This document shows positions 44,451 to 57,974 of a DNA stretch of 64,000 bases, piece after piece; the first letter of the stretch is position 1; every line of letters begins with the position of its first letter. The stretch lies in NCBI RefSeq assembly GCF_009914755.1, contig NC_060925.1. One strand, written 5' to 3'. Source of the DNA: the human T2T-CHM13v2.0 reference genome, Homo sapiens. The position numbers and the translations under genes were made by a program. The notes beneath the pieces are model-generated. The model saw only the letters and a program-made list of their open reading frames with translations. It searched no databases and had not been told where the DNA came from.

Positions 44451-45749
44451 CTGCGCAGCAGCGAGGGAAGCCGAAGGAGGGGGTGGGGCACTTCGATGTC
44501 ACAAGGGCTGCAGCCCCGAGGAGAGGGACAGAGATCAGGGGCACATTCCACTCCTGTCCTCACCGGTCCAGCCCCTTGACACCTCCAATACTCCTTCTGT
44601 CCCAGGACTCTTAGAATCACACCATTCCAATCTGGAAAGAAACTGAAACGCCATCTAAATGAATATTCTCTTTGCACAAAGATGATTGAATCCAGGGTGG
44701 AGACAGATCATCCAAGGTCATGTGAGGAGTCAGGGTGGAATGGATTCAGAGCTCAGGTCCCCTACCTGCCCCTTCAGCCCCAGCAGGAAGTTCATGGAGG
44801 TTGGATTCACCAGCCCTGCACCTCCCCGCTCCCCATTTTTCTCCTCTGCCTTCAGGGCTGCCAGGCACACCAGGTAGAGTGGGAGGGGCTGAGGCAGAAG
44901 AATGATGGTGATGGGCTCTCCAACTCTTGATGGCTGTGTGACCTGGTGCAGGTTACTTAACCTCTCTGTGCCCCAGTTTCCCCCTCTGTGAAATGAAATT
45001 GAATCCTCAATGCCATAGGATTACTGTAAGGACTAAATAATGCATAAAGTAAAAAAGGCCTGGTAGGTGGTAAGCAGCCCCCAAACATGGCAGCCCCTGC
45101 TTCTGCTTTTATTACTATTCGTTTGGTGCCTCTAATCCATTGGTTCACTTCTGAGGGGCCACAAGCTCTCCCACGCACCTTTCTCTCCTCCCCTTCTCTC
45201 ACGTCATTTCTTCTCACCAAACCCCAAAGCGGCAAATTAATCCCCAGTACCTGTATCTCTTGTCTGTCACATTCGAGGCTCTGCAAGACGGTGTGGCCTG
45301 GCCAGGGACTGGGGAGTCGGTGCCACGCACACAGCCCCTCTGTGGGTCAGCCTGCCACTCTGGCCCAGGGTAAGCTTAGCTAAGGCTGAGTCTCAGAGAA
45401 GGGCTGAAACCCCAAAGGGTTTTTCTGGTGCCAAGAGCAGACCGGGTTGAAGGGCGCGGTCAGTACCTTCCTGGGATGATTCTAAGCGCCCAGCTCTAAC
45501 AGCTGAACATCACCAGGCTCGAGTTTCAGGATGGGAACCTTGAAAAGCCCTCTGTGATTTTCCTTTTCACATCAGGCTTGGGGCCAGGCAGACATGGGTT
45601 CAAATCCTTGCTCTGCCACTCATGAGTTATGTGATCTTGGGAAGAGACTGAATGTCTCCGGACCTCAGTTTCCTCATCTGTAAAGTGGGAGTGGTTATAG
45701 GAGTGTACGGAACTGTTGGGTTTGGATTAAGGTGTCCAGCCCACTGCCT

Positions 45750-46790
45750 GGAATGCAGCACTTTGACTTGCTTATTGAACATCAAAATTAATTTACCGCC
45801 TTTTTCCCTCAAATCCTGTTCTTCCTCTGGAATTCCCTGTCCTGGTAGGGGTCTGTAATACTTACATCTAGGATGTCTATAATACTTACACATCCAAGGA
45901 GGGGTGGCCCATGTTCTCACACTTTCTATCAACTCCGTCATAGCTGTCTTGCACAGAGGTGAATCCATCACAGCTGCCTTGCATGGCCATTCCTCTCCAC
46001 CCACTTTGGCCATGGCTCTCCATCCAGGACAAGGTTATGGCAAATCCTTCATCACTGGTTTCCTCCTTCCAGCCTCCTTACTCCTGCTGGGGTGGTTACA
46101 TCAGCCCCTCTCCATGTCTCACTCTGAAACACATGTTCAGAGCACAAAGTCCAAACTGCTCAACCGAGCCAGGATGCCGAGGTCCCTCATGATCTGGGCC
46201 CCTCACTCCCACCTCCCCAGCATCATCTACTCCCACCCTGCCTCCCACACAAAACAACTCTCCCTCCCCAAACTCTCGGTGTTCCCTGAGGATGAGGCTC
46301 CCTGCTGCTCTGTGCCTCTAAGCCTCTGCCCCCTGCCCCCTGCCCCAACCACCCAGAACGCCCTCTCTGACAACCTCCTCTGCAAGCCCTCTGCAACTGC
46401 TCCCACCTGCCCAATTCTTCCCACGTGGAGCCAAGCACTCTCTCCTTCAGGCCCCACCGGCCTCTCTCAGACCCCCATGACGGCCCTTCCCACCTGTATG
46501 CGGCAGGTTTACCTGACTAGGCAATCCAGGAGGGAGGCGAGAGCACTGAATGAGAGCAATGCCTCTGGGGTCCTGTCTCCTGGGATTTACTGAGAGGACG
46601 TGTGGAGTCCTAGCACCATGTCTGCTGCATATAGATGCTCAGCAAATGAAAGTGATTCTTTTTATGGCTATCTCCCCATGAGGCTGCAAATTCCTAGAGC
46701 AAGACTCATGTCTTAATTATCTTTGCATCCCCAGCAACTAGCCCTGTGATCTGGCCCACAGTAGAAGTTTAACAGATGTTTTCACACGGA
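45750..46790 (+). mobile_element. Highly decayed L2 relics
   Basis: CAAAGTCCAAACTGCTCAAC...CCCTCATGATCTGGGCCC; TTATCTTTGCATCCCCAGCAACTAGC; ends in (GGAT)n at ~46788-46841. Confidence 0.6.
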
Positions 46791-47086
46791 TGAATGGATG
46801 GATGGATACATGGATGTATGGATGGATAAATAGATGGATGGTGTGGCTGAAAGAGGAGGAAGAAATACATAAGAGCTGCCATTTAGCTGGTAACTAGGCA
46901 GTGACAGAAACGTGCATAGCACTTTACAAAGCAATGTCAGCCAAGCCCAACCACAGAGATTGATTCTATTTTTATCCCTGTTTCATGGTGGGGAGGAACT
47001 GGCTCAGAGAGGTGAAGACACCTGCCAGAGTTCCATAGTGATGACATTGGTGACAGCCGATATTCAAAGTCACTTCTGCCTGGTTA

Positions 47087-47501
<415 letters not shown>

Positions 47502-48291
47502 CTACCATCCCCATAAAGAGATGAGGAAACTGAGGCCCAGGGAGTTTGGGGAAGGGCAGGCAGATCCAGAGCCCTTTACTGCTGCCTGAGCCATTCTGGT
47601 TTCCAGATGCTGGAAGTATCTACAGCACAGAAGTGCTGGCCTGGAAGGAGGGTTCTGGGTCTAAAAGTTAAAGGCAAACAGTGGAGGGAGGAAGGTATTG
47701 GCGTCTCTGGGTCATTGGTCAGAGCTGGGGTCTTAGGTGCCCAGGAAGTATCACTGTTATAACTGTTATGAATGATAAACTGCATTATTAGAGATGCTAT
47801 GTAACCATATACTATAACATTACTTACGTTGTTAGGGAACTATAGGGTGTCCAGAGCACTTTTGCATGTACCACCAATTTTTCCCCACAATTCCTTCAAG
47901 ATGTGCAAGCCGGGGACTATCACAATCTTACAAAGCAAATGGCTGCAGAGGAGTCACATGGATTCCCCCAAGGGCATATAGTTAGCAAATAGTTTCCCTA
48001 GTCTCAACACAAACGTTTCCGATTCCTGGTTCGGTGCTGTTTCTCACACACCTGCAGCCTCTCTGAGCCCCTGGTGTGTTACAGGTGCTGTTTAGTAAGC
48101 CGATACGAGCACTGATAGAGAGCGAGAGAAAAACACAGATGGGTCGGAAAAGGAAAGCTGAACAATGGCTGGGAAATGGGGAAGGAAGCTCTGGGGGGTC
48201 CAGTAAAGGGACCGGCAGTCCAGGCTTCTCTGGGCCCCTCCTCACGTCCCAGCCTTTGCTGGAGCCACATATACAGCTGGCAACCCTGATG

Positions 48292-48310
48292 CTGGCACGA
48301 GATGGCGCCC
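48292..48310 (+). promoter_or_regulatory. Candidate CTCF site
   Basis: CTGGCACGAGATGGCGCCC resembles the CTCF core CCACCAGATGGCGC with two mismatches. Confidence 0.4.
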
Positions 48311-48560
48311 TTGGATGGGGAACAGACTGGAGTCAGCCTGGACAGACTGGTGATTGGCTGTGAGCACTGCTGACTGGGCTGTCTGCAGTTTCTACACTGC
48401 CCCTGGACAGTGGGCACATCGGCTTGTGCTTCAGAAAGGCCCTTTCAAGACTCCTTTACTGAAATCCTAGGCCTGTCCACTCAAACGCACAGTCACAGGG
48501 TGAATCAGGGGTGTTCACAGTTATCCCCAGCCAGGTGAGTCCAAACAGGTGGATACAGAA

Positions 48561-48853
48561 TTTTTTTTTTCTTTTTTTTTTTGAGACGGCGTCTCGCTCT
48601 GTCGCCAGGCTGGAGTGCAGTGGTGCGATCTCAGCACATTGCAGCCTCCACCTCCCAGGTTCAGGTGCCTGCCTCAGCCTCCCAAGTAGCTGGGACTCCA
48701 AGCGCGCGCCACCATGCCCAGCTAATTTTTGTATTTTTAGATACAGAGTTTCACCATGTTGGCCAGGATGGTCTCGATCTCGTGACCTTGTGATCCACCC
48801 ACCTCGGCCTTCCAAAGTGCTGGGATTACAGGCATGAGCCACCACGCCCAGCT
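48561..48853 (-). mobile_element. AluSc-like
   Basis: GTCGCCAGGCTGG and GGCCAGGATGGTCTCGATCTC; degenerate TSD GTG(G/A)AT(A/G)CAGA. Confidence 0.9.
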
Positions 48854-48995
48854 GTGAATGCAGATTTTACCCAGAGTCCAGGCCTCCCAACTGAGTCCCA
48901 CGAAATCAAACTGTTGGGTTTCAACAGAGATCTTTCTAAAGTGTATTGATCCCTTCCAATGGGACAGGCATCATACTAAGTGCTTCCTCTGCATG

Positions 48996-49185
48996 TAAGG
49001 CTGTCAGGTAAAATACAGGATGCCCAGTTACATTGGAACTACAGATCAACACGGAATAATTTACTAGCATGAGTATGTCTCAAATATTGCATAGGACATA
49101 CTTATGCTAAAAAGTTATTCCTTGATCTGGAATTCAAGGTTAACTGAGCACCCTGTATTTCTATTTGCTAAATCTGGCAACTCTA
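48996..49185. mobile_element. MER53 palindromic MITE
   Basis: Whole element is an imperfect palindrome: AAATACAGGATGCCCAGTTA ... TAACTGAGCACCCTGTATTT; ends TTTGCTAAATCTGGCAACTCTA. Confidence 0.9.
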
Positions 49186-49544
49186 TCTGTATTATTTCAT
49201 CTTCGCAGCCATAGAGGGAGAAGATCCCATCTCCACTTTACGGGCATTGTAGCTGAAGCTCCAAGAGATAAAGGAATTGGTCTGTGTTTTACATGCGGGT
49301 GAGTGGTGGGGCTGCGATGCCAATCCAGGCCTGCCCAGTTCCCAAGTCTGCACCCTCACTGATTTCCTCTCTAACCAACACAAGGGGCAGAGGAAAAAAA
49401 ATGCTGAATGCCTCTGGCCTTTCAGGGAGATGGTCAGCTAAAAATGGGCTCTGAGGGCATCAGATGTAAATATCTTCAATGTGAGAATAATAAAGGTTCT
49501 GTTGTAAAACAGGAATGAGTCTTATACATCATCCAACCAAGAGA

Positions 49545-49775
49545 CTTTGGGGTTAACAGGTGGGCTCTGAAAACAGATCGTTGAGTAAAAGCCCCAACTC
49601 CATCCATTACTAGCTGTGTGACCTTGGGCAAGTTAATCAACCTTTCTGTGCCTCAGTTTCCCCATTAAGAAGTTGGGGATAATAACAATACCCGTGTCAT
49701 AAAGTTGTTGTAAGCATTAAATGAAGTATACATGTAAAATATTTAGAACGGTGCCTGGCACTTGTAAGCACCCCA
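49545..49775 (+). mobile_element. MIR SINE
   Basis: TTACTAGCTGTGTGACCTTGGGCAAGTTAATCAACCTTTCTGTGCCTCAGTTTCC. Confidence 0.9.
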
Positions 49776-50157
49776 AATTATGTATTCTAGCTCATGTCTG
49801 TAGACCAACTGCTTCGCTCCATGAAGGAGAACACTGAAGCCCAGAAGCCTCGCTCAGGACCACACAGCAATCGGGTGGCTGAGCAGAGTCTCAATGCCAG
49901 GTCTCCAGGCTGATGTCTGTGATGCTGTCTTAAAAGAACAAGAGAGAGAAATCGGCATCAGATGGCAGCAGGCGCCCGGTTCCTGGTGTTCCTATCCTGA
50001 TTTGTCTCACGCCTTTCAGTACAAAGGAATCCTACCACTTCTAAGGTCATTAGCAGAATTTAAATCCTCCAGTTCTTTTGCACCAGTACAATGTACATTT
50101 ATTTCACTCCCTCCACAAACCATTATGGGGGCTAGCCACATGCCAAGCACTGTGTTA

Positions 50158-50883
<726 letters not shown>

Positions 50884-51279
50884 AGATACCAAAAGATAGC
50901 ATGCTTTGCACCAGGAGTAGGGAGCACAAGGCCTGTGGGAGCCAGAAGACGGACAGCTGGCGGAAGCGGGAATGATGGAGAGGCACTGCTAGGGGAAGTG
51001 ATCTCATGGATCTGAGCCCATCAGGACAAAGAGGGTTGGCCAGGGAAAGAAGGGGCAGGAAAGGCCTTCCACGCTGAAGGAACAGCATGTGCTGAAGCCT
51101 AGAGGCCAGACAAGAAAGGACAGAGCATCCTCTGCTGGGCCCACCACAAGGAGACCAGGGTTCTATCCTAGTGAACCAAATGCTCCCCAAGATGCCCTTG
51201 ACCTGTGTAGGGGAGCAAGCCCCCTCCAGTGTGATGGCTGCCGCCATGGTTAAGAAGCAGTTGAGGAAAGAAGCTCTTT

Positions 51280-51985
51280 TGTCATAAAGAAACCACTGCT
51301 CACCAAAACTGCCAAGCAGGACCCAAATCAATGGCACATAAAGAAAGATTCTGTCTTAGAGACTGGCTTGGGTTTGGGCTCTATGCTGTTGTGGATATGA
51401 ATTCACCCACCATTGGAGAACCGAACCTGGAATGGAACTTGGAAGCATCACATTGCACTCTGAAAGTCACCCGAATAAAAGCTGGTGTGCTGGCTGAAGG
51501 TAGATCTTTGGCAAATCTCCACCTGTTTCATCTTGGTATGCTTGATGCAGAAGAATTCTAATTGCTATCAGGCCAGAGAGGCAGGCAGTTGTGCTCTTTG
51601 AAATCTGTGGGGCTATGGCTCCTGGGTTGGAGAGTTTTCTCCAAACAGCTGTGTGCTTGCTTGGATTTTCTTCTGAAGGTTATTACCACCAAGGTCACTG
51701 GTGGTACTGCATCTCTGGGAGGCCAGGGGTATCTGCTGGTTATTGGATGATATTTCTTCCAGGGTCCTAAAGGAGCCTCAATTGTGCAAATGCCAGGAAG
51801 TCCGAAATGCCTGCATTGCTGAAACCATTGATATCATCTATGCCCAGCAGCCCCTCCCACCCCTGCCACAGCAGGTGCTCCCCACTTCTTCAATGGGGAG
51901 CCATTTCCCCCATGCTTTGCTTCCTAGGAAAAGATGGAAGTGAATTTAAAGGGGGCATGGGCCCTTAGTCCAGGTCTTCTGGAGT
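51280..51985 (-). mobile_element. Ancient RTE-clade LINE fragment (L4- or MamRTE1-like), C-terminal reverse-transcriptase region, frameshifted
   Basis: Colinear decayed motifs on the minus strand: PIEEV (51883-51897), IDDINGFSNA (IDDIN at 51827-51841), LPEMQYHQ*PW (51689-51721), HSCL/RKLSN (51626-51653), SGLIAIRILLHQ (51542-51577), QLLFG*LSE (51458-51484). Confidence 0.7.
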
Positions 51986-51992
51986 CACCAGG

Positions 51993-52349
51993 TATATTAG
52001 TCTGTTCTCATGCTGCCAATAAAGACATACCCGAGACTGGGTAATTTATAAAGGAAAGAGATTTAATGCACTCACAGTTCCACATGGCTGGGGAGGCCTC
52101 ACAATCATGGAGGAAGGCAAAGGAGAAGCCAAGTCACACCTTACATGGCAGCAGGCAAGAGTGCACGTGCAGGGGAACTGCCCTTTATAAAACCATCAGA
52201 TCTCATGAGACTTATTCACCATCACAAGAACAGTATGGGGGAAACCACCCCGTGATTCAATTATCTCCACCTTGACCCACGTTTGACACGAGGGGATTAT
52301 CACAATTCAGAGTGAGATTTGGGTGGGGACACAGAACCAAACCATATCA
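51993..52349 (-). mobile_element. THE1 (B/C-like) MaLR solo LTR
   Basis: TATTAGTCTGTTCTCATGCTGC...AAAACCATCAGATCTCATGAGACTTATTCAC...CCAAACCATATCA; TSD CCAGG (51988-51992, 52350-52354). Confidence 0.95.
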
Positions 52350-52707
52350 CCAGGTAGTCCCAACATCATTCTCATGGGCTTCAGGTTTCATCTCTGGCTA
52401 CAAGCAGGTCACAGTCACAAGCTGTCAATGGGACCCCAAGTGCCCAGTTGTCCAAGTCAAAACTATGGAGACCATCTTGGACTCCTGCCCTGCTCCCGGT
52501 CACCAAGTCCTGGAGCTATTACCCTCCCAAGCCTCTCTCAGCCACTTACTGACCATGAGTAAGTTTCTTAACCTCTGCAACCTTCCATTTCCTTGTCTCT
52601 AAAATGATGCAAAAAATACTAAAGTGTCTCCAAAGTCCTTTCTCACGAAGGAATAGTTCTGACTATGTCATGGAAAAGGTGACAATATATAAACATGTTT
52701 GGTATCA

Positions 52708-53046
<339 letters not shown>

Positions 53047-53770
53047 TCATCACTGTGTGCGCCTGCATTTCTTCTGGATGAAAGCCTTGAGTGAGAAAAT
53101 GGTCACTAAACAAATCTGCGAAGTTGAAGGCAAAGGTGGGTTTGGGGTGCAGAGCATCAAATGCGCCTGGGGAGCAGGTGGAGTGGGGTGAAGGATCTTT
53201 GCAGGGGGCCTGCACCTGTTCACATGGCAGTGCCCTATATTCCTCTCTAGAAGCCTCTATCCAGTTTAGACAAGTCACGGGCTGAATTCTAAGAGATAAT
53301 CCTGTTGTTTTATTTATTGCCAATAAACTGTATGCTTATAGGAAAGCATTTTGAGACACTCTAATAGCAACTTTATAGGATTGCTGTGAGGTTTGAAAAA
53401 GATAATGAATGGAATGAGATTGCCTCTATGCTTGCTTGGCACAGAGAAAACTTATTAATAAGTATGTGCTGATTTTAGAAAAGTGAGATCACTGTCGTTG
53501 TTGACAGCAAAAACTAAAATTATGAAGCACGGCTTGTCTCATTTGTCCCAGAATCCCCCAGCACCTAGTACAATGTTGGCACATACCAGAAACTCAATAA
53601 ATATTAGATGACTAAATATATAGACAGGGTGGGAAATTAACAGTGAAAGGGGGAAATGTCTATTGGGTTAATTATTAGAATGATGCTAACCTAAATAGGT
53701 GTATAATGAAGAGGTTTTCACAAAACTCTTCAAACAATGCATGATTTATTCTGTCAATAGATATTTAGTG

Positions 53771-54073
53771 GGCTGGATGCAGTGGCTCATGCCTGTAATC
53801 CCAGCAGTTTGGGAGGCCAAGGCAGGAGGATCATCTGAGGTCAGGAGTTCCGGACCAGCCTGGCCAATATGGTGAAACCCCGTCTCTACTAAAAATACAA
53901 AAATTAGCCAGGCGTGGTGGTACCTGCCTGTAATCCCAGCTACTCGGGAGGCTGAGGCAGAAGAATCACCTGACCTCGGGAGGCAGAGGTTGCAGTGAGT
54001 AGAGATTGCGCCACTTCACTCCAGTCTGGGCAACAGAGCAAGACTTTGTCTCAAAAAAAAAAAAAAAAAAAAA
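53771..54073 (+). mobile_element. AluS inserted in an antisense L2 (~53740-54380)
   Basis: TSD AGATATTTA; L2 continues with TTCCAGGCACTGTTCCTGGCATGGGGATAGAACGGTGAACAAA. Confidence 0.9.
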
Positions 54074-54964
54074 AGATATTTATGGAGCACTTTCTCTGTT
54101 CCAGGCACTGTTCCTGGCATGGGGATAGAACGGTGAACAAAGTAGACAAGGTCTGGTCTCATGCAGCTCACACAGCAGTGTAGGGAGACAGATAATAAAC
54201 GAATAAACATATAATATCATATAAGAAGTTCCATGAAGAAAGATAAAGCAAGGTAAAGTGGCAAAGGAGGCATGGATATGCTATTATAAATAGTGAAGAG
54301 CCTCTTTAAAAAATGACATTTGAGCGGAGACATGAAGGAAGCCATGTGGATATCTGAGGGAAGAGATTTCCACACTTGGAAACAGTTGAAAAGAGAACCA
54401 ATGCATTTCATCCCGTACAAGGCCTCATTTTCAATCGACTGAAACAAAATACTCTTTGTAGCACAGCACCTGAAAGTTGAACAGAAATATACTCAACATG
54501 AAAGGCAAGCCTTTAGTTAATCTGTTTTCGTTGTTATTAAAATCTTAAGTACCTCCTTTATCACAGATGGCTCAAAACCTGCAGGGAAGGAGATGCTTTA
54601 GAAACATAATTCCAAATGAAAAAAAAAACAACCACCACCACCACCCAGTGATGATAATGGCCTCACAAGAAATAACTTGAAATTGTATGTGCGATGCTTG
54701 ATGAGATTAAGCCATTGGAGGCAAATGATGGAAGCCCCAAAGAGGAAAATATTCTTATAAGTCATTACACAAATCCCGTGCTGTAGCACGTCAGACTCAG
54801 GGATACTCAGTTTGGGGAGTAGTCATTCACTCACTCATGAAATATTATCAAGCGCCCAATTATTTGTAAAGCTGGGTGCTTTGTGACTTGAATGAGATGA
54901 ATTCAATCTGAGGTGAATTAAACTCAGATCTACCCTTAAGGAGCTTCAGTCTGGCCACAGGTTT

Positions 54965-55284
54965 ATTACTTATTTTATTTTATTTTATTTCATTTCATTT
55001 TTTGAGATGGAGTCTCGCTCTGTCACTCAAGCTGGAGTGCAGTGGCGCAATCTCGGCTCACTGCAACCTCTGCCTCCCAGGGTTCAAGCGATTCTTCTGC
55101 CTCAGCCTCCCGAGTAGCTAGGACTACAGGCGTGCGCCACCACGCCCAGCTAATTTCTGTATTTTTAGTAGAGACGGGGTTTCACCATACTGGCCAGGCG
55201 GCTCTCGAACTCCTGACCTCGTGATCACCCAGCCTCGGCCTCCCAAAGTGCTGGGATTACAGGTGTGAGCCACTGTGCCTGGCC
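54965..55284 (-). mobile_element. AluS
   Basis: Antisense dimer with (TTTTA) tail; flanking TACTT(T)ATTTT. Confidence 0.95.
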
Positions 55285-55816
55285 TACTTTATTTTTTAAT
55301 TTAGTTTTTTTCTTTTTATCTTCTATATCCAGTCTCATTCTCCTTGCCCCATAGACACTGTCCCAAGGTTCTCTGTCCATTTTATTTACATTTATAACTG
55401 TATTTGCATTTTAAATGCATACATGTGCATTTATATAAACAACATATGACATATGTGTGTATGTTTAATGTATATAGTGATACATGGCTAATAGCTCATT
55501 CTGCTTCTTTGACATCTATTGGTCTTGATTAATATAGATTTAGTACTTTTTTACTGTTGTATTATATTCCATCATTTATACATATTATATTTAATAATTA
55601 TTTATTGAAGAACATCTAAGTTACTTCCAATTTTGTTGTTATAAACCATGCTGCAGTAAACATCTCTGAATATATCTCTTTGTATACTTAAGCAAGAATT
55701 TCTCTGGGGTTTATACACAGGACAGGATTTACATTATAAAGTGATATGCACTTTGTCCATATCACTAAATATCTCCAAATTGCTCTCCAAAGTGGCTGCA
55801 ACAATTTTCACTCCCA

Positions 55817-55987
55817 AGGAGGGAGGGAGGGTCACAAAGGTTGAAAAACGACCTGTTGGATACTATGTGAACAATCTGGATAATGGGTTCACCAGAAGCC
55901 CAAACCACAGCATTACCCAATATAAGCATATAGCAAACCTGCACAGGTACCCACTGAATCTATAGTTTTTAAAAAGTGGGAAAAAAA
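55817..55987 (+). mobile_element. Short 5'-truncated L1PB-like 3' end
   Basis: GGTTGAAAAACGACCTGTTGGATACTATG...AGAAGCCCAAACCACAGCATTAC...AAACCTGCACAGGTACCCACTGAATCTA plus A tail. Confidence 0.8.
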
Positions 55988-56347
55988 TTTTTTGCTCACC
56001 CCCGCAGTGCATAAGGGTTGCATTTTCCCCACATCCCTGGCTGTTTGATATTATCCTATATTTTATCATTGGATGTAAACTAGTAGCCATTTCTCACTTT
56101 ATTTTGCATTTCTTTGATTATTAATAAGATGAAACATCTCTTTTTCTGTTTATTAGCCATTCTGGTCTCCTCGTCTATGAGTTGCTTGCTCATATCCTTT
56201 CCATGTTTTTACATAGTGTTATCTCCCTACTTTTTTTGTTGTTTCTGATTTTGCTGTTCATTTCAGATATTAATGCCAGTCATGTATATTGAAAATATAT
56301 TCTCTCAGTCGAATTGGCATGAACTCCGTCTATGGTATTTCTTTGTT

Positions 56348-57080
56348 GTATAGCTACTAGCCAGTTCCAACAACTGCCCTCCCTTTACTTCCTAGTTAAA
56401 ACAAATACAAACTCTGATTTGTAACTGGATCCAAGGCTTCCGGGTATAAAGACTACATTTCCCAGCATACCTTGCAGGTGTTGCCATGTGACTGAGTTCT
56501 GGCCAATAGGATATAAGAGAAAATATGTGGGAAATTTGTCGGCAATATTCTTGAAAAGAAAGAGTTCCTTTCTTTCTTCTTTCCAGTTACCTCCTTCTTG
56601 CCGGTTGGAATATTGGATTGAAAGGTCAGAGCCATGTGCTGAGGTTGGGGAAACATCCCGGATGCCAGCCCCGGACTGCTAGTAAGTCTAAATCTAACTG
56701 ATACAAGCAAAAGTCTTTCATTTTGAAGTAGTCAAATCCAGATATTTTCTTCTTTAAGAAATTCTTGGGCCGGGCGCGGTGGCTCATGCCTGTAATCCCA
56801 GCACTTTGGGGGGCCGAGGCTGGCGGATCACAAGGTCGGGAGATTGAGGTCATCCTGGCTAACACGGTGAAACCCCGTCTCCACTAAAAATACAAAAAAT
56901 TAGCCGGGCGTGGTGGCGGGCGCCTGTAGTCCCAGCTACTCGGGAGGCTGAGGCAGGAGAATGGCTGAACCCGGAAGGCGGAGCTTGCAGTGAGCCGACA
57001 TAGCGCCGTTGCACTCCAGCCTGGGCGATAGAGCAAGACTCCGCCTCAAAAAAAAAAAGAAAGAAATTCTTACTGATCGC
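56348..57080 (+). mobile_element. ERVL-type LTR (LTR33/LTR16-like) interrupted by AluY
   Basis: GACTACATTTCCCAGCATACCTTGCAG...GCCATGTGACTGAGTTCTGGCCAATAGGATATAAG. Confidence 0.7.
56768..57060 (+). mobile_element. AluY (CpG-rich)
   Basis: CATCCTGGCTAACACGGTG, GAGAATGGC, GAGCTTGCAG; TSD AAGAAATTCTT. Confidence 0.95.
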
Positions 57081-57377
57081 AAAGTCACAAAGGCATTTGC
57101 CTACATTTTTTTTTTCTAATAGTTTTATAACTTTGCTTTTTCACATTAGGTCCTTAATCCAGCTGGAAGTATGTTGACTTTCTTCCTCACCTTACCATCC
57201 AATTCTCCCATCAGCATTATTAAGTAATTCATTTTTCTTCCCTGAACTGTGATGCCACTATTATATACCGGGTTCCCAGTACCACATTAAACAGTAGTGG
57301 TATTGGAAAGTATACTGGGCTGGTTTCCATATTCATGGGAAATCTACATTTTTTTTCCATTAAGTGTGATGTCTGCT

Positions 57378-57677
57378 GGCCAGACGCGATGGCTCATGCC
57401 TGTAATCCCAGCACTTTGGGAGGCCGAGGCGGGCGGATCACCTAAGGTTGGGAGTTCGAGACCAGTCTGACCAACATGGTGAAGCCCCATCCCTACTAAA
57501 AATACAAAAAAATTAGCTGGGCATGGTGGCGCACACCTGTAATTCCAGCTACCCGGGAGGCTGAGGCAGGAGAATCGCTTGAACCCCGGGAGGCGGAGGG
57601 TTGCGGTGAGCTGAGATTGCGCCATTGCACTCCAGCCTGGGCAACAAGAGTGAAACTCCGTCTCAAAAAAATAAAAA
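57378..57677 (+). mobile_element. AluSp-like
   Basis: CTGACCAACATGG, TTGCGGTGAG, GGCAACAAGAGTGAAAC; TSD AAGT(G/A)TGATGTCTGCT. Confidence 0.9.
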
Positions 57678-57974
57678 AAGTATGATGTCTGCTGTAAGTT
57701 TTTGATAAAGTTCTTTTATCTAAGTATCTTTTATTTAAGAAGCTACTATAATCACTAATAAGTGTTTTCTTGTATCTATTAAAACATTGTAATTTCTTCT
57801 TTAATCTGAAATACCTCAATAGATTTATCTGACTCTAAATCATCTGTACATTCCTAAAATAAATGCTACTTTGGTTTTTTGAGTTGGGAATTTTGCATCT
57901 GTAGTTATAAGTAAAACTGGCCTATAATAATCTTGTCTCATACTGTCCTTATCTGGTTATAATATCAACATTTA

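Noticed and set aside
45904-46593. Longest ORF (229 aa)
   Set aside because: Non-ATG start, overlaps decayed L2 sequence, low-complexity P/S/L composition, no recognisable domain.
51240-51830. Plus-strand Kozak GCCGCCATGG and short resemblances to GHITM (LAW, LGG...M) or RPL35 (KQL...KVTGG)
   Set aside because: Stop after 13 codons; matches are short, mutually incompatible and frame-hopping. The minus-strand RTE reading is colinear over many more motifs.
52080-52100. PRDM9 hotspot motif in the THE1 LTR
   Set aside because: Reverse strand reads CCTCCCCAGCCAT, not the CCTCCCTAGCCAC form associated with hotspots.
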